DNA of 44,646 bases from Fistulifera solaris (GCA_030295235.1 AP026140.1:992001-1036646), one strand, 5' to 3'. Shown: positions 24,070 to 35,724, counted from the stretch's first letter. The notes: a model not told the origin generated them from the letters alone. Numbers and translations are program-made.

Positions 24070-24825
24070 GCTTGTTTTTTTATAGCAGCAACAGAAGAAT
24101 AAAATAAATACGATTGATAAATATTTACTTGTCGTTCAAAGACGCGAAGAGAAAAATAATGAGCTTTTGTCATCGCTCTCGTGTTTCGGGTTCGCTTGAC
24201 ATCGCTTCGTTTCGCCATCAAAGGTGGTGCGCGCGTTCTACATAACAATGAATAGTAAGTTATAACGGTCTCATTTTGTATTGTACTGACTTTAATCCCA
24301 CTCTGACAACTGACACGTGGAGCACTCTCCGATCTCCGACAGACCGTCGTTATTGCGATGCTTATTATTTCGAAAAAAATAATGGCACCTTCAATAATGC
24401 GCCTAATCCTTCATCATATATTACTTTTGCATTTCTACAATTAAAAATACCTCTTCATCCTGTTTCAAAGACTGAGACATCGTATTTGTTGAGTACGATC
24501 CACCGCTAGCGAACACGGGGATAATCAAGAGGAATCGCACCGCTTGAAAGCGGCCCTACTGCGTCAAGAAGATCGTCAATGGTCGATTTGTCGAAAGTAA
24601 AAAGTACATTACAACAATCTGCAGCTTCAAAGGAAATATGATAATCTAGTTTCGCATCACTGAGTGAACGATTTTTCTAGCAAGAGTGATGGTGAGAAGA
24701 GAGCGCGAATTGTTTTGGCGTAACTAAATGAAAGGATGTAGCTGGCAATGTCTACGATAAATGCAGCGCGAACATTCTGCCTAAAGATTAATTTCGCCTA
24801 AATGCTGCGTGAATCGTAAGACGGC

Positions 24826-25601
24826 CTAAATGCGGCGGCTTCCCGAATCGGCCGAATCCTTGCTGGCACTGTCAAGATGACGACGGCTTCCCGAATCGGC
24901 CGAATCCTTGCTGGTACTGTCGAGATGACGACGGCTTCCCGAATCGGCCGAATCCTTGCTGGCACTGTCGAGTTGACGACGGCTTCCCGAGTCGGCCGAA
25001 TCCTTGCTGGCACTGTCAAGATGACGACGGCTTCCCGAATCGGCCGAATCCTTGCTGGTACTGTCGAGATGACGACGGCTTCCCGAATCGGCCGAATCCT
25101 TGCTGGCACTGTCGAGATGACGACGGCTTCCCGAATCGGCCGAATCCTTGCTGGCACTGTCGAGATGACGACGGCTTCCCGAATCGGCCGAATCCTTGCT
25201 GGCACTGTCGAGATGACGACGGCTTCCCGAGTCGGCCGAATCCTTGCTGGCACTGTCGAGATGACGACGGCTTCCCGAATCGGCCGAATCCTTGCTGGCA
25301 CTGTCGAGATGACGACGGCTTCCCGAATCGGCCGAATCCTTGCTGGTACTGTCGAGATGACGACGGCTTCCCGAATCGGCCGAATCCTTGCTGGTACTGT
25401 CGAGATGACGACGGCTTCCCGAATCGGCCGAATCCTTGCTGGTACTGTCGAGATGACGACGGCTTCCCGAGTCGGCCGAATCCTTAGAGTCGTTGCTTGC
25501 CAAAAACGCTTTCGCAACATCTGGTTGCTGCTTGGAATGTCACTTGAGCTTCCGCACGTCAAAGAGACGAGGAACAAGAGGGTTGCAGTGGTGAACTTCA
25601 T
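24826..25601 (-). CDS. Secreted silaffin/silacidin-like polyprotein precursor: signal peptide, pro-peptide ending RKRFL, 14 x (DS[A/T]SKDSADSGS-RRHL); one frameshift at 25502-25506
   Basis: Signal MKFTTATLLFLVSLTCG (ORF 24798..25601) joins ORF 24826..25503 if the 5-T run is 6 T. Two recurrent repeat polymorphisms (CTC/CTT, GAC/GAT) are synonymous in this frame but not in the overlapping same-strand frame. Confidence 0.8.
24829..25485. repeat. 48-bp coding tandem repeat, about 14 units
   Basis: Unit (plus strand) cggcttcccgaatcggccgaatccttgctggcactgtcgagatgacga repeated head-to-tail with few substitutions. Confidence 0.97.
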
Positions 25602-25920
25602 GTTTGATGAGTACGTATTGTTTTTCTTTCGAATGTTTTGTTTTATGAGCTCAATGTGTCAAATTAGAAAGATATCGCATTTTGTGATCTACCTGTGTAC
25701 GTCAGTATATCTTCCACGTTTCTCGCTTCTCGCTCACCTTCACACGAATCGTCACTCACCTCCGATCCCACATCTGTTAACGTAACTAACAGACGGAACA
25801 CGGAGTTGATTTAATTGTGATGGGATTTATGGTTTATGGAATCATGAATGGCGTAAGTTCTAATATCGAAGACTCTGTAAACATTTTAAGCACGACTCAT
25901 TGCGAGCCGAAACCGGAAAC

Positions 25921-25989
25921 GACGTTAAAATTCTGCCTCGCCGTAGGCTCTACGTAGAAACTTGTACTGAGAGGCAGAATTTTAACGTC
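25921..25989. repeat. Perfect 19-bp inverted repeat with 31-nt spacer
   Basis: gacgttaaaattctgcctc (25921-25939) is the exact reverse complement of gaggcagaattttaacgtc (25971-25989). Confidence 0.9.
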
Positions 25990-27154
25990 CTTCCGAAATT
26001 CTATATTTATCTCTGAAGAAGGTTACAGATTCTCATGACCTCCTCATAGACGGCTTCTCATAGACGGAGTATAAAAGGATGTTTTGAGATAAGTTTTGGC
26101 TATGATTGACGAAGCATATGTTCACGTTGAGTGATAAAACGTGTTTGCTTTTATAAACAATTTATTTATGTTTACAGCTTCGCCACTGCAAACAGCAAAC
26201 AACATTTGGATTTGGATTCCCATTTCCAACTTCCAATACAGGGTAGTGGGTAGTGGGTAGTTGCGCGTTGCGTTGGATTTTATGGGCTTGTGTGAAATAA
26301 ATATGAAACATAGCTGATTGCAGGTTGTAGTTTGTAGGTCGTGTTTCGTGCAGAGTGGAGAGTGCGGAGTTTCAGTAAGTTTGGCCTAAAATGCGGCCTA
26401 TAAAGGCTTAAGTGGTTCACAGTTCACAGTTACAGTACAAGTATTGGACTTCTTGACGATTGACACTCGACACTTCAAACTTGGTTCCTGACGTTGAACT
26501 TGAACCCCGAACCTGAAATCCTTGTTCAACAATGAAGTGGGCCATAGGCCATAGTGCCATCGAAGATCGAAGGCGCTGTTTGTTAGAATTACTCAGCATG
26601 AATTTATTGTTTATTGGTCCTAGTGTCGGGTATGGGTATCGGCTATGCCGCTGAAGCTCTCTAGGGCGACCTAATGTGTGTCATGTGTCATGTGTCATGT
26701 GTCTCCTCCCATTTCTCATTCCTTGCTCCGTATGTTTTAGTCGTTGGCCATACTGTACTTTGAAAGCTGAAATCTGATTTGCTCGGACGAACCGCGATGA
26801 TGGAAGGCGGAAATCCCATTCCAGCAACGCTCTTTGCACTCCGTACTCCGTACTCTCTAGAAGCGGTAGACGAGCAACAAATTTGTTGAGAGATGGAAAG
26901 AAGCAAGAAGTTTTTCAGTTCCCTGTACACGTCGTGTCAAGTGTCAAGTCTTGGCTAGATGCTCATGTTGATAGCGCAGAGCGCGGTTTTGGTTTTAGCT
27001 TAACTTTTGAATCGAGTTATCGACAGGAGCGTAGCGCAAATCTTTTGTTTTAATAAGCTCTCAATTACTCGTCGGCAAAAATCATCTTCATCTGTATTTC
27101 ATGCGGAGTACAGGTAGAGTAAAATTTAGACCAAATAGTATTAGTCGGCCTCGT

Positions 27155-27392
27155 CCATGACTGCATTCCAGTCATGAATCATCATGTGCCATTTTCCATT
27201 TTTATGATTCATTCAGAGCCTATATTTATAACACTGCTACAGTTTTGCTAGCTTGGTAAGCCAGTTGGTTGTTATACAATTCTTTGGCTTACTTTCAGCA
27301 ACATGCTCTGCTTACGTCGTAAATGCTAAAAATAGTAACTTCCATGAAACCATGAACCATGAATGTGTCGACAATTTCGTCCCACGACTGCA
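27155..27392. repeat. Second locus of the ccaygactgca direct-repeat family
   Basis: ccatgactgcattccagtcatgaatcatca (27155-27184) closely matches 10648-10677. A partial copy ccacgactgca lies at 27382-27392. Confidence 0.65.
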
Positions 27393-27444
27393 AACTCCGT
27401 AATAATGAAAGATCCTTACCCAGTGGCGAAGTGCAATCTTGAAA

Positions 27445-28047
27445 TTAATTGTTCTCATCACTGATGCCGTCATCTGCGCTGTCATCCGCGCTGTCGGTGT
27501 CGTTATTATGCGTTTCAATCATCGCGTATCCGCTTTCGCAACCCGTGGCATTCAGTACAATTTTCAAGAACGCCTTCTCACAGCCAGTGAGATTGATGTT
27601 ATTGCCAACGCCTGTGATTTCGCAACCACTCCTATCCGTTTCGATAACCATTAGTCCATGATTGCAGTTACTGATGTTCATTTCGATTTCAAAAATTACG
27701 TCGGTGTGGTTAATCACAATTGTTTCATCATCCGCACTATCGGAATCGCGATCCGGCACGCTGTTCAAATCACTGTCGTCGTTCTTATCGTCGGAGGAAT
27801 TCTCGTTTGGTTGAAGGTGACGGGTGGATGAGTGTAAAGTTGCCGAAAAGCGATCCAACGGGCTGATCCCCGCGCTTCCTAGTTCGAACGGGTGCTTTCT
27901 CAAATGCGGACTCGAATGAGGTCTCAGGCTTGCATGCGTCGGTTCATCTGGTTCGTTTTCGACTTCGTGATTGGGCAATGAAGCGAGGACCAAGAACGTT
28001 TCTTTTGAAAAAGTATACAACAAGAGACAAAGTAAACGACAATTCAT
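27445..28047 (-). CDS. Putative secreted acidic (Asp/Ser/Asn-rich) protein with RHL pro-peptide site and DSAD motifs
   Basis: 200-aa ORF with hydrophobic N-terminus MNCRLLCLLLYTF, STRHLQ, acidic blocks ENSSDDKNDDSD..DRDSDSADDE and DTDSADDSADDGISDE around a 4-Cys segment. Confidence 0.6.
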   Translation of the reverse strand: MNCRLLCLLLYTFSKETFLVLASLPNHEVENEPDEPTHASLRPHSSPHLRKHPFELGSAGISPLDRFSATLHSSTRHLQPNENSSDDKNDDSDLNSVPDRDSDSADDETIVINHTDVIFEIEMNISNCNHGLMVIETDRSGCEITGVGNNINLTGCEKAFLKIVLNATGCESGYAMIETHNNDTDSADDSADDGISDENN

Positions 28048-28961
28048 CCTTTCAAGTTTTGATGATCACTATTGGCGAGAAAGACAATACAGGGAGCCTT
28101 TTATGAATAGGATGAGTCGGTGCAAAAAATGGGAAGCATTCCGTTTTACGTTCGCTGGGCAACACTGTTCGGAACTCTCTTGAGTTCTTTGAGAACTGTG
28201 AAAGTAATTGCAAGCAGTTCTCTTTCCCTGGACGAGAACCGTCGAAGTCATGGCGAGAATAAATAGCGTGCCGGCTTCGCTACTATCAGGGGGGTTCTCA
28301 AGGGCAAAGTAGCAACAATATGAATGGCAGCTCTACCAGGTACGGTTCCCTATCACGATGGTTTTGTTGATCGTTGGCAGAGAACCTGGAAGTTTCAGCG
28401 AATAGATTGCTGTTTTCACGACTATCAGGGTATTTTGATCGCTGAAATTCTTGTGGCTGACGCTTGTCATCCAAGCTGATATCAGATAGGTTGGAGTTTG
28501 CAACAGTGAAAGTAAGACTAAAGAAAGTCTGCATGATTTCGTGATGATTGTGCTTTCTCACTCGAAAGACGTTTGGATGAAGAACACCCGCCGACAAATA
28601 GCTACATAGACCTACAACATCAGCTGGTACCCACACTTACTTGGTACATTTTAGATGGTTTCATGGAGCAGCTAGGCTAAAGTAAAGCTGAAGTATAAAA
28701 AAACAATTATTCATTTATCATTGCGACTACCGCTACCGACGATCGTTCATTCCCGTGACACATTATAGCGACTAACCTCACTGACAAGAATGTTAAAGAA
28801 ATAAAAAATGTAGTTTCTGTAGTCATTTATTCACAACGCCATTGATTCAGCAAGCGGCGAACCCGCCCCTGGAACAAAAGAACCAAGAGAGCTAAAACAA
28901 GCACCGACAAAGTGATGACGAATTCCATTTCGTCGTCGAACTTCCGCATTTATCTTCTCAT

Positions 28962-29165
28962 TTATACGGTTTGTTTCAGCAAGCGATGACGGTCGCTGCC
29001 GATTTGGTCCGCTTTTCTTAAAGGCTCTTTCACTTCTCCGTTCTTTAAAGACGAAGGCTTCGGTTCGACCATGACGCGGTGGATCTTGTTGTTCGTTGAG
29101 AGAAGGCTTGAATTTACTCCCGGCAAAGCTGCAACGATAAATAGAGTTAGAAAAGACAGTTTCAT
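28962..29165 (-). CDS. Small putative secreted protein (may extend to 28831 through a frameshift)
   Basis: ATG 29165 begins MKLSFLTLFIVAALPGVNS, a signal peptide, and the ORF ends in DRHRLLKQTV*. Confidence 0.4.
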   Translation of the reverse strand: MKLSFLTLFIVAALPGVNSSLLSTNNKIHRVMVEPKPSSLKNGEVKEPLRKADQIGSDRHRLLKQTV

Positions 29166-29826
29166 CTTCGAACAAGAAGATTGGTTGATCTTTTGATGCA
29201 ATGATGATGAACTAATCAGAATGACAATGCGTTCCTCTTGTTTCGGGAAAAGAGCTTTAACTTATTATGTTTGAGCCGTCGGCATTTATTCTCCAAAAAT
29301 GGTTGTCTTCCACTATCGGTTGTAGAGTACGCACAATCCTGCGCAACGAGTCGTGCGAAAAAGGAAAATTCTTATGTAGCTAGTCAGAAAGCAAAAAGCA
29401 GACGTCATCACACGTCAGTTGCCTTTGGTGTCGGTTCTAAGGCCGTGCCGGTGCCGTCTAGAGTCGCTTCGACTTAGACTAGAATTTAGAGAGTCGAAGG
29501 TGCTAGGTAATTGACGACTAAGTTACTGAAAATGAAATTGTAATGTATACGCACGTAATACACCGTGCTTCTTCTTTTCTTTGGTAAAGAAGTGTTAAGT
29601 GATCTAGTTTTTCTTGCCTAACTTTTCAACATGAGCTTAATAGATGTTAGGCATCGGACAAAGTGCCTAGGTTAGCGACATACGAAGCATTCAACTAATC
29701 ATGAATTTCAAAATTAAAAGGACTTATGGCAAACCCATTTTTGACCATATTTATCGAACTAAGAATATGAATGTTTATTGCTAATAATTAGGTGCTCGCC
29801 AAGGGAGATTTGACTTGACAAACCCT

Positions 29827-30867
29827 TCAGGACGATCCCATTTGATGAAACAAAGTTTCACCTCGCGGTATGGCAATCGCCTCTGCTTCTCCTCCAACTC
29901 CGATCGCAACAGCTGCTTGCTGATCAGGGCAATCCATAATTTGCGTCGGTGCTAGTTGCACTAGCTGCGACCACGCCCCGGGCGCATGCGCCAATCGAAA
30001 CTGAAACGCATGTCCTACAAAGGTACCTTCAAACTTTGTAGCACTTGCCCAGTCCCACATAAAATCGGGCAAGTTCGTGGTCTCGCGGCCCAAGTGAAAC
30101 TTGAAGGTTTCTTGACAGTCATCGGCTGCCGGTGAAACATAGTAGCCATGCAACGGACATCCCGCCACATTGCGAAACGCCACATCGAGTGTATGACACG
30201 GGCGGCCTTGAGCAGGTGGTGTTCGAGCGTACATCGGATCGCGAGTCGCATCCTCACGCACCGGCTCCAAGTCTTCCAAAGGACAATTGACGAGCAGTTC
30301 GGGAGGAATGTTGCTACCAATCGGAATAAGGCCGACTCGATGTTGCATCAAAACAGGTCCTGCGGAACCATCCGGAAGTATTTCACGTGCTTGAAACGAA
30401 TGTCCTTGATAGGTATGCAAAGCCATCCACTGTCCCGGTTGCAGTTGCGTGGATTCATCCTGCATCGGTGCCAGCTGCGGATTACGAGCTGATTTCTCAT
30501 TCCCTTCGGCGTCTAAGTACGAAATAACTACCGCATGACTCGATTTATTTTCGACAATCCACATCGTATCAAGCCCAGTTTGAATGTTCTGTTGTGCGTG
30601 TTGCTGTGTAAACGCTCCTGGATCCGTCGGACAGTAAGAAGTCTTCTCATTCGGCACATTCATGATAGTTCCTTGTGCTTTTAATGCTTGATAGCGTGCC
30701 GCTCGACCCATCGTATCTTTAAAGGCATTAAATTGCTGGCGATCACAAACAACATCCGAATGAAAGCGCGCACCTTCTTGAATCGCATTCGGATCAGGAC
30801 ATTGGCTTCCGCTGTTACTTGCGGCAGCAGCCGCCAAAGCAGCAGCAGCAGTCAGTGGGTTCGGCAT
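29827..30867 (-). CDS. Protein with two VHL-beta-like domains; true N-terminus probably upstream and frameshifted
   Basis: WIVENKSSHAVVISYLDAEGNE...LQPGQWMALHTYQGHSFQARE and FRNVAGCPLHGYYV...FEGTFVGHAFQFR fit the VHL beta-domain pattern (N..v.l.W/Y....TyxGH.F). Confidence 0.6.
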   Translation of the reverse strand: MPNPLTAAAALAAAAASNSGSQCPDPNAIQEGARFHSDVVCDRQQFNAFKDTMGRAARYQALKAQGTIMNVPNEKTSYCPTDPGAFTQQHAQQNIQTGLDTMWIVENKSSHAVVISYLDAEGNEKSARNPQLAPMQDESTQLQPGQWMALHTYQGHSFQAREILPDGSAGPVLMQHRVGLIPIGSNIPPELLVNCPLEDLEPVREDATRDPMYARTPPAQGRPCHTLDVAFRNVAGCPLHGYYVSPAADDCQETFKFHLGRETTNLPDFMWDWASATKFEGTFVGHAFQFRLAHAPGAWSQLVQLAPTQIMDCPDQQAAVAIGVGGEAEAIAIPRGETLFHQMGSS

Positions 30868-31324
30868 GCTTGGGAAGCAATAGGTAGTAGTATATCAGCA
30901 AATAAAAGCAAAAGGAAGAATAAGGAGGGCACAGCTTGCTATGCAAAAGCAAGTGAAGCAGAAAGCTTCTTATTGTGCCTGTTTTTCTTCCATTCTGCAT
31001 TCTGCATCCAAGTCAGCGCGGACTTTTGTACTTTGATGCGTATAATAAAATTGATTGGGGCTCTTTATGTCTTTGAAGGGTCATAAAATCAGAAACAAAA
31101 TCAAAATTACGCTATGATCAAAAACACATGCAGTGCCGCTCCGTCTTGCCATCGACCTGACCTTTTGCGACAGGCGTCGAGAGTCGAGAACCACGCAACA
31201 CTCAAAACGGCGCAAAACTGGCAAGAGATTTTTTCTCTTCTCTCATTTTTGCTTTCCTTCCTCTCCTTTATCAGCGTCGATGTGCGATCTGCAATCGGAG
31301 GCTATTATTTATAACTGAAATAAC

Positions 31325-32664
31325 ATGACAGAAGTGAGGGATACAACCTCTTCAGGAAAGGCATTATTTGCGACACGCGAGTATGCGGTCGGTGACATCA
31401 TTTTGCAAGAAGACAAGCCGTTGGCTGTCTTGTCGCGCTCTTCTTTCAACACAACTACGAACGATCCGTTTACGGCTATTGCGCAGGCATATCAACAAAA
31501 CAGCAACCAGCTGGATATTGAAGGGAAATTATTATCTCTTTATCACCCGCAGTCTGATACGACGAATCCTGCCGAACAAACACTCTGGAAAAACAGTCAA
31601 TCCGCCGCGCAAAACGACAATCGCCTTCACAAAGTCATCATGGTTGCGTGCTGCAATTCTTTTCAAGGAGGATATGTGTACGAGCAAGCCAGTCGAATCA
31701 ATCATTCCTGTCAGCCGAATGCACTTGTGAATATACAAGACGACACCGGTGCATTGCTCGTACGAGCGTTGACGCCGATTGCGGTCAATGAAGAAATTGT
31801 TATTTCCTATGCTGGCTTGTATCTCTATGCCGATACCAGGGCACGACAACATGTATTGCGTCGCGACAAATACTTTGATTGTTCCTGTGTGCGGTGTCAA
31901 GCGGCTGTCGATCCGGCGAATACAATACCTTGTACGAGCTGTCATCCTCGACATCAATCTCAACTGGATGAAGCGACCCAATACGATGACGATGACGAGC
32001 ATCCCGTGAACTACATGATATGGAAGAGCGATCAGCTTATCTGTGAGTCATGCGGTCATGTAGAAACGTCACAATCATCTGTCGTTAACGTGATACATTC
32101 CATTTCGGATAAAGTTTTGCAGTTTTTGAGCAATACAAGCAACAAGACCCTAACTCCAAGACCCTTTCCGAGCAGGATGACAATGAAACCCAAGACGAAG
32201 AGGAAGAGCAACTGGAATCGCTTTTGCAGGAGCATTTATCGCTAGCTAGCAGTGTATTGGGGGCTCGTCACTGGACGACCAATCTGTTGCTCCTCCTGTA
32301 TCTCGACCGAGGATTGAAACAATATAACCGAAAACTCATCTTCCAACAAACAGCCGACGATGACATGCAATTGGACCTGGCGGAGCACATTGATCATTTA
32401 CAAAAAATCACTCAGTTTGTTAAAAGGTTACAACTACACTTGCATCCGGGCCATTTGCTCTCCGACGTGATTGTCGGAATAGCGCGTGCATTAGTAAGCT
32501 TGGGTGATGTCAAATCCGCTCAGTATGCTACAAGATGGTTGGATCATTTGAATGGATACGAGCCCTTTTTGTCTGAGGCGCTTGTCAAAGTGGTCGACTC
32601 CCTAAAAAATGCATGGAAACGTATGGAAGACGACGAACCGGCACGTAAGAAAGTCAAGGGCTAA
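31325..32664 (+). CDS. SMYD-type SET-domain lysine methyltransferase; frameshift near 32165
   Basis: GKALFATREYAVGDIIL, SRINHSCQPNA, EEIVISY, post-SET YFDCSCVRC. The helical C-terminal part is in ORF 32224..32664. Confidence 0.88.
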
Positions 32665-33873
32665 CAGATTAGAACAAACGCAGTCATTTTCTGACTTGGA
32701 TACAGCCGTTCGCAGACAGCACCACATGCGTTTGTCGGGTGCGAAGCCAACGCGAAGATCAATTGCTTCTCGTTCAACGTTGATTCAGAGATGGCCGTTC
32801 GCAGAAAATTGTCCCCATTTGGGACCAAAGATGAAAATAGCCACCATTGGTCCCAAAAGGGACCAAATGAGGTAGTATTGCAGGCGCCGTTGGCTGTATC
32901 AGCACTCACACCAACAACGAACTCGGAATTGAGAATTTTGGAATAGTTTCGAATTGCAGAAGGCATTTTCGAAGCGCGAAGATTCCAAATAGTACTCGTC
33001 ATTGAAGAGAACGAGGCACGTCTCAAATTTCCAGAGGGCAACTCATCGTTCATTTTTTCTTCCAAATCTGCATTGCTTAATGTTCTTTCGTCTCCTTCTT
33101 AGCAATCATCCCCAATGGACCGTTCGTTACCAAAATTTAATCCGTCAACTGCGACGCCGGAGTCTTCAGAAATTGAGACGTTCGGTTGGAGCGATTTCCC
33201 TTGCTCATGCTAAGTTTGCAGCACCACGAGGCAGATTTCCGCGAAAACAGCACGTGGGGCTATTTCTGCGATACAACTTCAGCCTGTACCAACGTCATTG
33301 ATCAGGTCCATTCACAACCTTATGCTACATCTCTTTGCAATGGCGTTTTATCATCCATTCCCGAAGAAGTCGAAGAAAAGCTCGTTGCGACAAATTGCAG
33401 GTTGTCGTCAGGCAATAAAGTTGTCAAGAACCTTACTGTGCGGGCAGCTACAACCAGCGAGACGACTAAGCAGCTGCTCTCTCTAATCGAACCATCTCGA
33501 AAGCGGGCCAAGAATGCGCTCCAGAGAACAGTACTGAGCAAGGCCGTCAAACGAGCCAATGTCCGGATGCAGCAACGTCGCTTTCTATTAATGACCCGTG
33601 ACGACTAAGAAGGCACAGAATAGCAAACACTTCATTTACTTCTTTTCATAAATTAAGCTTATTTAGATCTGGTCCAACAATATGTACAATTTTGAAAGTC
33701 AAATCGTGGGATGAGATGCGTGTTGGCCTTTGGAAGTGGATGCTCTCGTTACAATTGCGGAGCAACCACTCGTTTCTTGTGTGCATTGTTTTAGGTATCA
33801 TTATCGAGGGCTTGACCATTGAATATAACAAAGGCATTTTGATGCATGCATGCGAAATATGTGCAGAATTTTA

Positions 33874-35724
33874 TCAGTTCTCGTGGAGTCGCGAAAAGAC
33901 GAAGACGGTTCCTCGGTGACCACGAACAATGCGTAGACTCTCGTCGACGAATAGAGTGTCGACGTACGCCATTCCGTGTCCACCTAAAGGACGTGTGAAT
34001 GTATAACTCATGGAGCTATCATCATTCATGTTTTTGGGAAGCTCAGCTCCCATTAAAATCTTGACAGCCAAAAGTTTGGCTTTTTCGGCAAAGCCGTGGG
34101 TCGGTGGGTGCAGTGCGAACAGACGGAGCCACTCGCTCTGATCAACGGGGTCGTCGTTGGGTTCAATTCTACCTCCTGTGATCCAAACCGACTGCCGGTT
34201 TGGGGTGTTGGGATCCTTCACTGTATATCCAGTTGTTGTCATGATACCACGAATGGGGCGTCGGACATCCTTGTTCGGGGCATTGGGATATGCTGCTTGC
34301 GGCGACTCAATAGTGAAAGCGGACATGATGCTGCAAAAGTAAAGGCACTTGAGTATAAAGATCGCTCGGTACAAAATTTCTTCATTTGCAAAAGCCACTT
34401 ACTCATAGGTGTGTAACTCTGCCCCACTCGCAACTTCCTCTTGCAATGCCTTCGGGATAGGAGTGCCCTCATGAATCTCCGCTCGTTCCACCGAGTTGAA
34501 ATTACCCTGCAAACTGCAAACAAGCTGAGTTGGTGCAAACATGTCGAATGACATGCGACCGAGTGTGTACATAGGATCACCGGCATCGTTATCTCCGAGG
34601 TTGCCGAAGAAACTGGGTTTTGTCAGCGTCAGCCATTGTCCATGACTCAGCTCGACGTCGCCGTCACAGATATTCAAAGTGAACGAGCTCTCCAAGAACC
34701 GGAGACACTCCTTGAAACGGTCACTGTTAGTTTCTCCACCGGAGATAGCTAACTCGTGTAAGATCCCATCACGAGCCTTTGTGATTGCCGATACGCTTAC
34801 ATTGGGTGGGATGTAGGACACGACATCGTCGTTGTCGGGAACTGTGATAAAGGTAGGAGCGGCATCTTGATTATCAGTTGACTCGGACCCGTTATTTCCA
34901 AAGAAAGAGCTTCCTAAGGATGGAATAGTAAGCGGACTGATGCTACGGCCGAGCACGTAGCAGCTCATCATGAGGCTTGATGGTAGCTTTTCATCTTGTT
35001 GGGGTACCGTCGGGTGATGAACACGAAGTGCAACTGGGCGCACAATGTCGTTCTCTACAACTTCATCTTCCACGTTCGTTTTCGAGGGCGTGAACGGGCG
35101 CTTCGTCTGAAGATTAGCATCCTCATCCAGAGAGGGGTTTCGAGCTCCAGCAATTCGTTCCTCTTCGTGATGCGCGTAAAAGTGCACCATATCGCCCGAA
35201 CTCGTTAGTTCATGCGCTTTTTCATCTTGTACAACCCATTTACGATGCCATTCGTGAGCGTCCACGGAGGCTTTGAATAAATAAATCCCTGGGATACCTT
35301 GCGTATGAGCTTGCTCATAGAACTCCTCAGCAGCTTGTTGCGCAACCACACGTGGTTTCGGGCGGATAATGGTTGGTAGCTCTTCCAAAGTAGTATCCTT
35401 CTTTATAAAAGCTGGCTCTGTACTGTTTTGAAGCGCCTCCAAATGCATGAAATCTCTGTTGATCGCTGATTCATCATCTGAAATGGTTTCGGATGGATCG
35501 CTCCAAGGAGAATTTAACATGAAACTCGGCGGCATCGCCCTCACTGGGACAGGCCGTACAACGCATGGTCTAACAATTTCCGGTCTCACTAATACGGGAG
35601 AAGAACAAGGAGAAACAATTGTTTGTTGCCTAATCTCGGGAGGAGCTGATACTTCCGGAGCATCTTCAACGCCTGGAACGTCCCTCTCGTTGTTTATCCG
35701 GATTCGTTTGGCTGAAAGTGCCAT
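33874..35724 (-). CDS. Protein with C-terminal PAP/fibrillin-like domain; intron 34331..34402
   Basis: Splicing gives ..LHTYDIMSAFTIE.. The C-terminus YVDTLFVDESLRIVRGHRGTVFVFSR resembles the PAP_fibrillin terminal motif, with GQWLTL and YTLGRMSF upstream. Confidence 0.65.

Noticed and set aside
24798..25785. Alternative frames of the 48-bp repeat (IRPIREAVVISTVPAR on minus, MTTASRIGRILAGTVE on plus), or a CRISPR interpretation
   Set aside because: Repeat polymorphisms are silent in the DSADSGSRRHL frame but change residues in the others. Units are contiguous with no unique spacers and there are no cas genes.
28069..28660. ORFs 28298..28636 and neighbours
   Set aside because: Non-ATG start or short length, with no signal peptide or domain evidence.
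32661..33640. Short ORFs on both strands between the SET and fibrillin-like genes
   Set aside because: No recognisable motif, and no consistent frame could be reconstructed. A frameshifted gene is possible but unsupported.
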